This document shows positions 47,223 to 57,049 of a stretch of 64,000 nt of DNA, one piece after another. Position 1 is the first letter of the stretch. The number at the start of each line of letters is the position of its first letter. The stretch is taken from positions 37,390 through 101,389 of the forward strand of contig WRFH01000004.1 in the NCBI GenBank assembly GCA_009778915.1. Direction: 5' to 3'. Made by a program: the position numbers and the translations under genes. The notes under the pieces were generated by a model that saw only the letters and a program-made list of their open reading frames with translations, did no database searches and was not told the DNA's origin. The DNA comes from Elusimicrobiota bacterium. GTDB taxonomy: Bacteria > Elusimicrobiota > Elusimicrobia > Elusimicrobiales > Elusimicrobiaceae.

Positions 47223-48407
47223 TTATTTGCTTCTGCTTTTGGATTTAGAATATAAATCAAACGCCACCGCGCCTAACAGCACAAAACCTTTTATGGCCTG
47301 CTGCCAGTCTATCCCGACGCCCATTATTGACATGCCGTTGTTCAGCACGCCCATAAAAAGGCCGCCGATAATAGCGCCGACAACCGTGCCCACGCCGCCG
47401 GTTACCGACGAGCCGCCTATATAACACGCGGCTATAGCGTCCAGCTCAAACATGTTGCCGGCTTTGGGCGTGGCCACGTTTAAGCGCGCGGCAAAAACTA
47501 TGCCCGCCAAAGCCGCCAGAAGGCCCATGTTTGTGTACACCCAAAACATTACCCATTCCGTTTTTATGCCGGAAAGTTTCGCGGTTTTCGCGTTGCCGCC
47601 GACGGCGTAAACGTGTCTGCCAGGCACGGTTTTTACCGTTATAAAATGATAAATACCGACCAGCGCGCCTAGTAAAATTAAAATATTCGGTATCCCTTTA
47701 TAAAGCGCGAACACCACAATAAAGAACATAACGGACAATATCAGAAAAATATTTTTCAAAATCCAAATCCCGAACGGCATAACATCAAAATTATATTTGA
47801 TTTGTTTTTTGCGGCTCAAAATTTCAGCCGCCAAAAGTGCGGCGCACAGCAAAACGCCGATAAGCAGGCTCAGCGCGTGCAAAGGTTTTCCGAAAAGCGT
47901 AATCCCGCCGAACGGGTCCCCTATAAACCCGGACGCTATCGACTGGAAAATCTGCGGGAACGGCCCTTTTGAAGTCCCTTTCAAAAGCACCAGCGCGAAT
48001 CCTCTGAAAATAAGCATGCCCGCCAGAGTAACGATAAAAGCCGGCACTTTTATAAAGGCAATCCAAAACCCCTGCCACGCGCCTATCACGCAGCCCGCGA
48101 GCAGCGATATAATCACGGCAAAAAGCGGATTTAAGCCGAGGTCTACCATCAGCACCGCGGCCACGCCGCCGATAAGCGCCACGGCGGAGCCTACGGACAA
48201 ATCCACATTCCCCGTCAGAGTGCACAAAAGCATGCCGACGGCTAAAATCAAAATATAGCTGTTTTGTAAAATGAGGTTTGTAAGATTTATAGGCGTCATC
48301 AGCACGCCGCTTGTGAGAAAACTGAAAAATATCATCAAAGATATCAGCGCGATTATCATGCCGTACTGTGTTAAATGTTTTTTTATATAAGCTAATGATT
48401 GTGTCAT
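47223..48407 (-). CDS. Sugar ABC transporter permease (GguB/XylH-like)
   Basis: DLSVGS, FIVTLAGM, GRHVYAVGGN, FELDAIAA. Confidence 0.93.
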   Translation of the reverse strand: MTQSLAYIKKHLTQYGMIIALISLMIFFSFLTSGVLMTPINLTNLILQNSYILILAVGMLLCTLTGNVDLSVGSAVALIGGVAAVLMVDLGLNPLFAVIISLLAGCVIGAWQGFWIAFIKVPAFIVTLAGMLIFRGFALVLLKGTSKGPFPQIFQSIASGFIGDPFGGITLFGKPLHALSLLIGVLLCAALLAAEILSRKKQIKYNFDVMPFGIWILKNIFLILSVMFFIVVFALYKGIPNILILLGALVGIYHFITVKTVPGRHVYAVGGNAKTAKLSGIKTEWVMFWVYTNMGLLAALAGIVFAARLNVATPKAGNMFELDAIAACYIGGSSVTGGVGTVVGAIIGGLFMGVLNNGMSIMGVGIDWQQAIKGFVLLGAVAFDLYSKSKSRSK

Positions 48408-48416
48408 TTTTTTATC

Positions 48417-49943
48417 CTATATCATATGGGAAATAATTTTTTCCTGCGTGGCGGTTTTGGCGTCAAGTTCGGCGGAGATTCTGCCTTCGCTCATCACGTA
48501 AATTCTGTCGCTCATGCCTATGACTTCCGGCATTTCGGACGATATCAATACGCACGCCATGCCGCCGCGGGCAAGCTCGTTTATGATTGTGTAAATTTCA
48601 TATTTCGCGCCCACGTCTATGCCTCTTGTCGGTTCGTCCAAAATCAAAACTTTCGGCGCCGCGAAAATCCATTTTGAAAGAACCACTTTCTGCTGGTTGC
48701 CGCCGGAAAGATTTTCCGCCGTCTGGTAAATCGACGGCGCTTTTATGTTCATTTTTTCTTTAAATTCTTTCGCGGTTTTTGTTTCGCCGCTTTCATTTAT
48801 CACGCCGTAATCCGCTACGGCTTTAAGATTCGCCATCGACGTGTTATTTTTTATATTCTGCATGAGCACGAGGCCGTACTCTTTCCTGTCCTCCGTGACG
48901 TAAGCGAGCCCGTGTTTTATGGCTTTCGGAATAGTGTCTAGATTTACTTCTTTGCCCTCCATAAAAGTTTTTCCGCTTATATTGCGGCCGTAATATTTGC
49001 CGAATAAACTTGTCGCCAGTTCCGTCCTGCCCGAACCCATGAGCCCGGCAAAACCAACCACTTCCCCGGCGCGGACGCTGAAGTTAATATCGTCTAAAAT
49101 TTTCCTCTGCGGATTTTCCGGGTGGAAAACTGTCCAGTTTTTCACTTCAAAAACAGTGTCGCCCGGTTTGTGGGAACGCTTGGGAAACATGTCCGTAATT
49201 TCCCGTCCGACCATACTTTTTATAATTTTCTCTTCTGAAATTCCAGCTTTGTTTACTTCAATTGTTTCGATTGTGCGCCCGTCGCGCAGCACCGTGACGG
49301 TATCCGCCACGGCGGAGACTTCATTTAATTTATGGGTAATTAACACGCAGGATATGCCGTGATTATTTTTAAGTTCCGTTAAAAGTTTGAGAAGATTTTG
49401 GCTGTCCCGTTCGTTTAATGCGGCGGTGGGTTCGTCTAAAATTAGCAGTTTTACGTCTTTGGCGAGCGCTTTCGCGATTTCCACAATCTGCTGTTTGCCT
49501 ACGCCTAGTTTGTTTACCGGCGTGTCCGGGTTTTCGTTCAGGCCGAGTTTTTGCATGTAAACCAGGGCGTCCGCTCTGGTCTTATCCCAGTCTATCATGC
49601 CCGCCTTTGCGCGTTCGTGGCCGAGGAAAATATTTTCGGCTATTGAAAGATAAGGGCTGAGCGCAAGTTCCTGGTGAATTATGGCGATGCCGGCGCGTTC
49701 GCTCTGTTTTATATCCGAAAATCTGCATAACGCGCCGTCAAAAATAATATCGCCGCTGTAAGCGCCGTAAGGATAAACGCCGCTGAGTATTTTCATCAGC
49801 GTGCTTTTCCCGGCGCCGTTTTCCCCGACGAGCGCGTGTATTTCTTTTTTCTTTACTTTAAAACTGACGCCGCTTAAAGCTTTCACGCCGGGGAATTCTT
49901 TGGTGATATCCTTCATTTCAAGAAGGATGTTTTTTTCTGACAT
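48417..49943 (-). CDS. Sugar ABC transporter ATPase (GguA/XylG-like)
   Basis: GENGAGKST, LDEPT twice, LSGGNQQK. Confidence 0.95.
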   Translation of the reverse strand: MSEKNILLEMKDITKEFPGVKALSGVSFKVKKKEIHALVGENGAGKSTLMKILSGVYPYGAYSGDIIFDGALCRFSDIKQSERAGIAIIHQELALSPYLSIAENIFLGHERAKAGMIDWDKTRADALVYMQKLGLNENPDTPVNKLGVGKQQIVEIAKALAKDVKLLILDEPTAALNERDSQNLLKLLTELKNNHGISCVLITHKLNEVSAVADTVTVLRDGRTIETIEVNKAGISEEKIIKSMVGREITDMFPKRSHKPGDTVFEVKNWTVFHPENPQRKILDDINFSVRAGEVVGFAGLMGSGRTELATSLFGKYYGRNISGKTFMEGKEVNLDTIPKAIKHGLAYVTEDRKEYGLVLMQNIKNNTSMANLKAVADYGVINESGETKTAKEFKEKMNIKAPSIYQTAENLSGGNQQKVVLSKWIFAAPKVLILDEPTRGIDVGAKYEIYTIINELARGGMACVLISSEMPEVIGMSDRIYVMSEGRISAELDAKTATQEKIISHMI

Positions 49944-51016
49944 TATTTGATGTCGCTTTCTTTATAATATCCGGAATCTATCAGAGCGGGTTTTACCGTT
50001 TCTTTATAAACCGTAACGGGCGCGCAAAGATAAGACGGCACGATTTTTACGTTATTATTATATGTTTTGGTATCGTTGACTTCTGGCGTGCCGCCGTCAA
50101 AAATAGCTTTGGTTATGTTCACGGCGCGCTGGGCCAAAACGCGCGTGTCTTTGAATATCGTCGCCGTCTGCTCGTCATGGAGTATGGCTTGGACATTGAC
50201 TTTATCGGCGTCCTGACCGGTAATTACGGGGAACGGCTTTTTCGCGTCGCCCGGCGCGTAGCCCGCGCCTTTCAGGGCTGAGATTACGCCGTAGGCCACC
50301 GCGTCGTTAGGAGAGAGCACCGCGTCCACTTTTTTAGAAGTGTAAAAGGCGGAGAGTATATCCGTCATTCTTTCCTGCGCTTTCTGGTTGCTCCACTGCT
50401 CAATGCCGTATTTCGGCCAGCCGACCTGGCGTGAAGGAGTTAAGATTATTCCTTTGTCAATGTAAGGCTGCAAAACGCTCATCGCGCCGCTGAAAAAATA
50501 GTAGGCGTTGTTATCGTCCGGCGCGCCGCTGAAAATTTCCACGTTAAAAGGCCCCTTCGCGCCTTTGTCAAGCCCGAGGGCTTTTTCTATAATCCTGCCC
50601 TGCAGCACGCCCACCTGGTAATTGTCAAACGTGACGTAATAATCCACGTCGGGAGTGTTTTTGATGAGCCTGTCATAAGCTATTACTTTAATATTTTTTT
50701 CCGCCGCTTCTTTAAGAACGGGCGTCAGCGCTTCGCCGTCAATAGGCGCGATAATTAATATATCCGCGCCGAGCGTGATTAAATTTTCAATCTGCGAAAT
50801 TTGCGCGCTTACGTCATTTTGCGCGTATTGGACAGAAACTTTGTAACCCAGTTTTTCAAGCTGGCGTTCGAGATTATCGCCGTCCACGCTCCATCTTTCC
50901 AAATCTTTCGTGGGCATGGAAACGCCGACAAAATGCCGTTTGCCGCCATTGCCGCCGCCGCAGGCGGATATAAATAAAATCGCCGCCAGAAATAAAACAC
51001 CGTATAATTTTTTCAT
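49943..51016 (-). CDS. Sugar-binding lipoprotein (ChvE/XylF-like)
   Basis: SAC lipobox, MPTKDLERW, AYDRLI, DDNNA, TGQDA. Confidence 0.92.
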   Translation of the reverse strand: MKKLYGVLFLAAILFISACGGGNGGKRHFVGVSMPTKDLERWSVDGDNLERQLEKLGYKVSVQYAQNDVSAQISQIENLITLGADILIIAPIDGEALTPVLKEAAEKNIKVIAYDRLIKNTPDVDYYVTFDNYQVGVLQGRIIEKALGLDKGAKGPFNVEIFSGAPDDNNAYYFFSGAMSVLQPYIDKGIILTPSRQVGWPKYGIEQWSNQKAQERMTDILSAFYTSKKVDAVLSPNDAVAYGVISALKGAGYAPGDAKKPFPVITGQDADKVNVQAILHDEQTATIFKDTRVLAQRAVNITKAIFDGGTPEVNDTKTYNNNVKIVPSYLCAPVTVYKETVKPALIDSGYYKESDIK

Positions 51017-51981
51017 TTGGAAATCTCCTCTAATTTAAATACAGTTTTATACTCTTTTACGACGTTGTTTTTTATTACCGTGTCGCCCCAGCCCGGGTGG
51101 TTTACGGCGTCCGGCAGGTGCTGGGCTTCTAAAGCTATTCCCATAAAAGGCGCGGCAACGCGGCCGTTTATTTTCCATTGCGGCTCAAAATAGCCGGCGG
51201 TGTAGACGACTAAAGCGTTTCTGTCGGTAAGAACGCTTACGCGGCGCGTGCGTTCTTCGTTTTCAAGCGTGCAGGCGACGGAAGAGTTCAGGCAGAAAGG
51301 AGTGTCTATGCCTTTGCCTTCCAGGTGCTGGCCGATTTGCGAGGTTTGCGTAAAATCATAGACGGTATTTTTTACCGGCAGCTTTTTACCCGTAGGTATA
51401 TTTTGCGCATCCAGCTCCAAATATTCCGGCGCGTTTATTTGAAGATAGTGGCCTTTTATATCCGTCCCTCCCAGATTAAAATAGGCGTGGTTCGCGGGAT
51501 TAAAGAGCGCTGACTTTTGGCTTTTCGCGCGGAAAATTATTTCAAGACTGTTGTCCGGATTGAGGTTATAAATAACTTCCGCGTCGATAATCTCCGACGA
51601 AGAAAATTTTACGCCGCGCGGAGTTTCCTCCGCCTTCCATAATATATTGTGGAACGCGTGCTTGCCGCCGTGCAGAGTATTTTCGCCTTCGTTTTTGTCA
51701 AGGTTATAAGTAACGCCGTCGACTTCATACCGCGCGTTTTTTATTCTGCCCGCCGCCGGGCCGGCCGCAGCGCCCAAGTAGTAACCGTTGTTTTTATAGT
51801 CTTCTAAATTACTGAAAGACAAAACGCGGTTTTGCATTGACGTGGACGGAAAATACAACCCGCACAATCCCGCGCCGTAGGATGAAAGTTCAACGCGGTA
51901 TCCGTTTTCATTTTCAACCGAAAACAAAAGTACTTCATGCCCGTTAAGCGAGCCGAATGTTTTATTTGATATTTTTATCAT
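51013..51981 (-). CDS. Aldose 1-epimerase (mutarotase)
   Basis: AGRI, LHGG, NHAYFNL, ALEAQ. Confidence 0.9.
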   Translation of the reverse strand: MIKISNKTFGSLNGHEVLLFSVENENGYRVELSSYGAGLCGLYFPSTSMQNRVLSFSNLEDYKNNGYYLGAAAGPAAGRIKNARYEVDGVTYNLDKNEGENTLHGGKHAFHNILWKAEETPRGVKFSSSEIIDAEVIYNLNPDNSLEIIFRAKSQKSALFNPANHAYFNLGGTDIKGHYLQINAPEYLELDAQNIPTGKKLPVKNTVYDFTQTSQIGQHLEGKGIDTPFCLNSSVACTLENEERTRRVSVLTDRNALVVYTAGYFEPQWKINGRVAAPFMGIALEAQHLPDAVNHPGWGDTVIKNNVVKEYKTVFKLEEISK

Positions 51982-53453
51982 TTGGTTAACTCCCGCGTCG
52001 CCGCGTAAATCTTTTTATATTTTTCGTAAACCGTCTTATATTCTTGCGCTGTCCGCGCGTCCGGCGCATATTCTTTTGATAATTTTACAAATTTTTCGGC
52101 GCAGTTTTGAAAACTGTCAAACCACCCCGCGCCCACCGCCGCAGTCATACACGCGCCCAGCGACGGGCCCTGCTCGGTCTCAAGCGTGATTATTTTGCAG
52201 TTAAAAATATCTGCCTGCATTTGCAGCCAGTCTTTATTCTTCGCGCCGCCGCCGACGGCGATAACGCGCTCAAATTTTTTGCCCGCTTTAATCATAAGTT
52301 CCATACAGTCTTTCAGCGAAAACGTTATCCCTTCCATAACCGCCCGCGCGAAATGCGCCGTTGTGTGGCTTATGTCTATTCCTATAAAACTGCCGCGCAC
52401 GGCGGAATCCGCGTACGGCGTTCTTTCGCCGACAAGATAAGGCGTAAACAAAAGACCGCCCGAACCGGCGGGAATTTTCTCCACCCCGTCTAAAAATTCT
52501 TCAAAACTCATATTTTTTGCAAACGCGTTTTTGAACCAGCTTAAAGAACTGCCCGCGCTTAAAGTTACGCCCATTGAATAATAGCTGTCCTTTATTATAT
52601 GGTTGAAAAAGTGCACGCTGCCTTTATAGTCCTGCACCGTCCGGCCTTCGTAAGCCAAAAATACGCCGGATGTACCTATGCTGCACATACCGGTTTTTGT
52701 GTCCAGCACGCCGGCGCCGGCGGCGGCGCAGGCGTTGTCCGCCCCGCCGGGATAAACGGCCGGTTGGTTTGTAAGGCCCAATTTTTGCGCGATTTCTTTT
52801 TTGATTACTCCGGCTTTATCCGTCGAGTTCATTAATTTCGGGAAAACATTTTGCGGGATGTTAAAAGCGTCGGCTATGCGTTTGCTCCACTGCTTTTTTT
52901 CTATGTCTAACATCAGCGTCCCGGCGGAGTCCGAGTATTCCATCTGCATTTCTCCGGTAAAATAAAAGGAAAGGAAATCTTTAGGGAGTAAAAATTTTTT
53001 TGTCTTTTTCCATATCCCGAGTTCGTTTTCCTGCACCCAGAGGATTTTGGGAAGAGTGAAACCTTCAAGCGCGCGGTTTTTTGTTATTTTGAGAAGGTCC
53101 GCGCCCAAAACTTTTGTTATTTTTTCGCATTGCGCTGTGGTGCGTACGTCGTTCCACAAAATCGCGTTTCTGAGCGGTTTGTTGTTTTCGTCAAGCAAAA
53201 CCAAAGTGTGCATCTGGCCGGAAAAACTGACTGCTTCAATTTGAGCTTTCGCATCGGGGACAAGACGGATAATTTCTTTAATTACGTTTTCCGCCGCGAC
53301 GGGCCAAAGCAACGGGTTTTGCTCGCTGAACCCCGGAGCGGGATTTAAAACCGGATATTCCGACGACGCGCTGGCAACAGCTTTCCCGTCACGCGAAATT
53401 AATAAACCTTTTAAAGCGCTTGTGCCTAAATCAAGACCAAGAACATAAGACAT
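51978..53453 (-). CDS. xylB: Xylulokinase
   Basis: GLDLGTS, SGQMH, ILWNDVR, GGADNA, GERTP. Confidence 0.95.
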   Translation of the reverse strand: MSYVLGLDLGTSALKGLLISRDGKAVASASSEYPVLNPAPGFSEQNPLLWPVAAENVIKEIIRLVPDAKAQIEAVSFSGQMHTLVLLDENNKPLRNAILWNDVRTTAQCEKITKVLGADLLKITKNRALEGFTLPKILWVQENELGIWKKTKKFLLPKDFLSFYFTGEMQMEYSDSAGTLMLDIEKKQWSKRIADAFNIPQNVFPKLMNSTDKAGVIKKEIAQKLGLTNQPAVYPGGADNACAAAGAGVLDTKTGMCSIGTSGVFLAYEGRTVQDYKGSVHFFNHIIKDSYYSMGVTLSAGSSLSWFKNAFAKNMSFEEFLDGVEKIPAGSGGLLFTPYLVGERTPYADSAVRGSFIGIDISHTTAHFARAVMEGITFSLKDCMELMIKAGKKFERVIAVGGGAKNKDWLQMQADIFNCKIITLETEQGPSLGACMTAAVGAGWFDSFQNCAEKFVKLSKEYAPDARTAQEYKTVYEKYKKIYAATRELTK

Positions 53454-53467
53454 AAAAAACTCCTCCG

Positions 53468-55630
53468 TTAAAACATATATCTTCCCTGCAAACTTGCGCT
53501 GAAACCTTGCCTTGTTCCCGCGTAGCCCTGTAAGCCGATGTCAAGTGTCAAAGGCAGATTGTCCGAAGGCGCCGCTTGCAGACCTAATTCGCCCACGCCC
53601 GTCGCGCCTTTAAGCTCCGGCGTGTCAACCGCCGCGCCGTTGACTGCCGCTTCCGCTTTGCCGTTGAACTCATAATCAAGGAAAGCGCCAGCGTAAGGCG
53701 TGAGATTTTTCTTTGCCGCGTAATTCACGCGCCCGCCCAGTCTTGTTCTTATTGAATTGGCCGCGTCAAAAGATACCGCGTCGCCCTGAATATCCGCGTC
53801 GTCGCCGCCCTGATACGTGTAGAACGCTTTCGCCGATAAATCAAGCCCGAACTTCCCGCTCAATTCATGTAACCAGCCCGCTCCTAAGTGCGCGCCGTAA
53901 TACATGGCGGAAGTATCGTAGCTTACATTGCTTAAACCTACAAAGTCCGCGCTTGAAAAATCCGTCCCGGCGGAACCCGCGCGCACCGAACCTTCCCCGT
54001 ACCACGCGCCGTCAATATCATATCTGCCCAACAAGCCCAGACCGTAGTAGTTTGTGTTTCCGCCGCCGTCAACGGACGGCGCGGAGTTGAAAGTGTTGTA
54101 AGAATCATAATTACCCCAGCCCGCTTCTAAGAACGCGCCCGCCGTGATGTTTTCATTCATCTTTTTGGCAAGACCGGCCATCATTGAAAACCCTTTCACG
54201 TCAATGTGCGAGCCGGTTTCATATTTGGCGGAGCCGCCGTCCATCGCGGCAAAGAGCGTAATCCCCTCCGCTCCCCGCGCCGCCTGCATCGCGCGGATTA
54301 TGCCGTAGCTGGCTATAAGGTCTGAGCCTTGGTTTAGAAACGCAAGTCCGCCGAGCTGCCCTTCCGACAACGCTTTCGTTTGGTCATTAGACGACGAGCC
54401 CGCGACTGTGGCGTAAAGGTTATCGGCGTCCCACGTCAGGTCAAAGTCATAGATTTTGGAAATGCCCGCGATGCCCAATGCCGTGGTGTTTATCCCCGTA
54501 GTCGTCAGGCCGTTGCCGGACGTGTTAATCAATGTCACTGTGTCGCCCGGGTTTAACGCCGAGGTGCCGCCGTCTATGGCCACTCCTATTTTGCTGTTCG
54601 TAATATCCACGGCGGAACCGACGGTCAGCATTGTTTCCCCGCCGGCCATTGTCGTCGGCAGATAGAAGTTCAGGTTTTCAAAATTATAAACGCCGGCGAC
54701 GCTCATGCCGGAGTTTTTAACATTAAGCGTATTTCCTGTCCATAGGTCTGTCGCTCCGGTATTAGTGCTTGAGTAAAGGGAAAGATATCCGCCGTAGACG
54801 CTGGCCGAACTTAAGTTGGAAACACCGCCTATTGTTACAGTATTGTTTGTGATATTTACCGGTATATTCGCGCTGGCCGACAATGTAAAACCGACATCTC
54901 CTCCCGCAATCAGAGAGGAAACCGTGCTGTCCATAACGGTCACGGTATTATTCGTCAGCGTGTAAGTGCCTGTGGTGCCTAGCAGCGTTACGACAACCGC
55001 GCCGGTAACGCTGTTGACACTGCTGTTGCCGCTGACGTTGACTGCGTTGCCCGACAGCGTCGCGGAAGCGGCTCCGACCAGCCCACCCGCGTACCCGCCG
55101 GAAAGGGCGCCGGTTACCGTGCAGTTGGAGAGGTTGACGGTGTTGCCTTCAACCGTGTTGGCGGTTGAAGAGGCGGCATTCCCGCCGTAAAACGCCATAA
55201 CGTGGCTGTTGGTGGCGTTAACTGTATTTCCGTTAGCCGTGGCTGAGCCGCTGCTGCTGCCGGCGAATCCGCCGGTAACCACATCCGCATTGCTGTTGTC
55301 AATATTTATGGTGTTGTTATCGGCCGCTTTGTCGCCGGTAAGCGTGCCGCCGGACGGCATAGCGCCGCCGTAAATGTATAAATGGTTTATTGAGTCTGTA
55401 CTGACGGCGTAGCTGTTGAGGAAGTTAAGCGTGTTGCCGTTACTGTCAAGCAGGGCGGCCGTATCGGCGCCGTTCCAGCTGCCGTTGGCGCCCGGGCCGT
55501 TGCCGTAAACATTGGCGGTGGTCGTACTAAAGCCGTCAATGGTTAATGTCTGCTGCGCCTGCGCCGGAACAACCGCGGCGGAAAGTAAAACACATAAGCC
55601 TAACGATGATATTATTAGTTGTTTTCTCAT
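53468..55630 (-). CDS. Autotransporter
   Basis: Signal AQA, repeated GG...NTV beta-helix units, beta-barrel with terminal YMF. Confidence 0.85.
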   Translation of the reverse strand: MRKQLIISSLGLCVLLSAAVVPAQAQQTLTIDGFSTTTANVYGNGPGANGSWNGADTAALLDSNGNTLNFLNSYAVSTDSINHLYIYGGAMPSGGTLTGDKAADNNTINIDNSNADVVTGGFAGSSSGSATANGNTVNATNSHVMAFYGGNAASSTANTVEGNTVNLSNCTVTGALSGGYAGGLVGAASATLSGNAVNVSGNSSVNSVTGAVVVTLLGTTGTYTLTNNTVTVMDSTVSSLIAGGDVGFTLSASANIPVNITNNTVTIGGVSNLSSASVYGGYLSLYSSTNTGATDLWTGNTLNVKNSGMSVAGVYNFENLNFYLPTTMAGGETMLTVGSAVDITNSKIGVAIDGGTSALNPGDTVTLINTSGNGLTTTGINTTALGIAGISKIYDFDLTWDADNLYATVAGSSSNDQTKALSEGQLGGLAFLNQGSDLIASYGIIRAMQAARGAEGITLFAAMDGGSAKYETGSHIDVKGFSMMAGLAKKMNENITAGAFLEAGWGNYDSYNTFNSAPSVDGGGNTNYYGLGLLGRYDIDGAWYGEGSVRAGSAGTDFSSADFVGLSNVSYDTSAMYYGAHLGAGWLHELSGKFGLDLSAKAFYTYQGGDDADIQGDAVSFDAANSIRTRLGGRVNYAAKKNLTPYAGAFLDYEFNGKAEAAVNGAAVDTPELKGATGVGELGLQAAPSDNLPLTLDIGLQGYAGTRQGFSASLQGRYMF

Positions 55631-55682
55631 TTATAGTTTACGAATTAGTTAAAAGTCAGCTTTTCAGGCGCCGCCGCCTTAC

Positions 55683-55713
55683 AAAAAACAGCCCCCCGTC
55701 GTTAACGGAGGGC
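55683..55713 (-). terminator. Terminator downstream of xylA
   Basis: Minus: GCCCTCCGT-taacg-ACGGGGGGC-tg-TTTTTT. Confidence 0.7.
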
Positions 55714-55720
55714 GTGATGA

Positions 55721-57028
55721 CTAATAAAGATAGTCGTTAAGTTTTGCTTTTAATGTTTCCAGCCTGTCGGACTCATTTTTGAGGTTCTTGTTGTTTAACG
55801 CGTATTCCTCAAGCTGTTTGAAGTCCGTTTGCCCGGCGACGATTTTCGCGCCTATGCCGGTTTTGTAGGACGCGTAACGCTTGTCGATAATATCCTCAAA
55901 AAATTTGTCTTTTTTGAGTTTTTCCACCGCTTTAAGCGCGCGCGCGTAAGTGTCTATGCCGGCTATGTGCCCGAGGAAAAGGTCGTCCTGTTCAAATGAG
56001 CCGCGGCGCATTTTGGCGTCAAAATTGATACCGCCTTTGTGCAGGCCGCCGTTTTCAATAATCTGGTACACCCCGAGCGTGGTGGAGTAAAGGTCCGTCG
56101 GGAATTCGTCCGTGTCCCAACCCAGAAGAACGTGGCCCTGGTTTGCGTCAATCGAACCCAGCATGCCGTTTATGCGCGCCACGCAGAGGTCGTGGTCAAA
56201 AGTATGACCGGCGAGAGTGGCGTGGTTGGCTTCGATGTTCAGCTTGAAATCCTTTTGGAGGCCGTGCGTCGCCAGGAAAGCTATCGTCGTGGCAGCGTCA
56301 AAATCATACTGGTGGGTAGTAGGCTCTTTGGGTTTTGGCTCAATTAAAAACTGCGCGTCAAATTTAATTTCTTTGGCGTAGTCAACGGCCATTTTCATAA
56401 AGCGGGCGATATTGTCCGTCTCAAGTTTCATGTCCGTGTTCAGCAGAGATTCATAACCCTCTCTGCCGCCCCAGAAAACGTAATTTTTTCCGCCGAGCCG
56501 TTTGCCGACTTCAAGACCTTTTTTGACCTGCGCGGCGGAGTGGGCGAAAACATCCGCGTTATTGCTTGAGGCCGCGCCGTGCACAAAGCGCGGGTCCGAA
56601 AACATGTTCGCGGTGTTCCACAATAATCTTTTGCCGGTTTCTTTCATGCGTTTTTCTATCAGGGAAACTATTTCGTCGATATTTTTATTTGTCTCTTTCA
56701 AATTGCCGCCCTGCGGCGCGATATCCGCGTCGTGAAAGCAAAAATATTCGACGTCCAGCTTCGTTAAAAATTCAAAAATGGCGTCAACTCTGTTTTTAGC
56801 GGTATCCATCGGCGTTTTGCCGAACCAGTTGCGTTGAAAAGTGCCGGGGCCGAACGGGTCCCCCCCTTCCTGCACCATCGTATGCCAGTACGCCACGGCA
56901 AAGGGAAGATGCTCCTTCATTTTTTTGCCCAAAACAATTTCTTCGGGGTTATAATATTTGTACGCAAAGAGATTTTTACTCTTCGGGCCTTCATAAGCTA
57001 TTTTTTTTACTTTTGAAAAATACTCCAT
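55721..57028 (-). CDS. xylA: Xylose isomerase (class II)
   Basis: [42 protein letters not shown]. Confidence 0.98.
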   Translation of the reverse strand: MEYFSKVKKIAYEGPKSKNLFAYKYYNPEEIVLGKKMKEHLPFAVAYWHTMVQEGGDPFGPGTFQRNWFGKTPMDTAKNRVDAIFEFLTKLDVEYFCFHDADIAPQGGNLKETNKNIDEIVSLIEKRMKETGKRLLWNTANMFSDPRFVHGAASSNNADVFAHSAAQVKKGLEVGKRLGGKNYVFWGGREGYESLLNTDMKLETDNIARFMKMAVDYAKEIKFDAQFLIEPKPKEPTTHQYDFDAATTIAFLATHGLQKDFKLNIEANHATLAGHTFDHDLCVARINGMLGSIDANQGHVLLGWDTDEFPTDLYSTTLGVYQIIENGGLHKGGINFDAKMRRGSFEQDDLFLGHIAGIDTYARALKAVEKLKKDKFFEDIIDKRYASYKTGIGAKIVAGQTDFKQLEEYALNNKNLKNESDRLETLKAKLNDYLY

Positions 57029-57049
57029 ACCATGCCTCCGTTTTTTTTA

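Noticed and set aside
55634-55656. Possible ROK/XylR operator TAGTTTACGAATTAGTTAAAAGT upstream of the autotransporter
   Set aside because: Weak symmetry, no second copy found and no regulator gene in the window.
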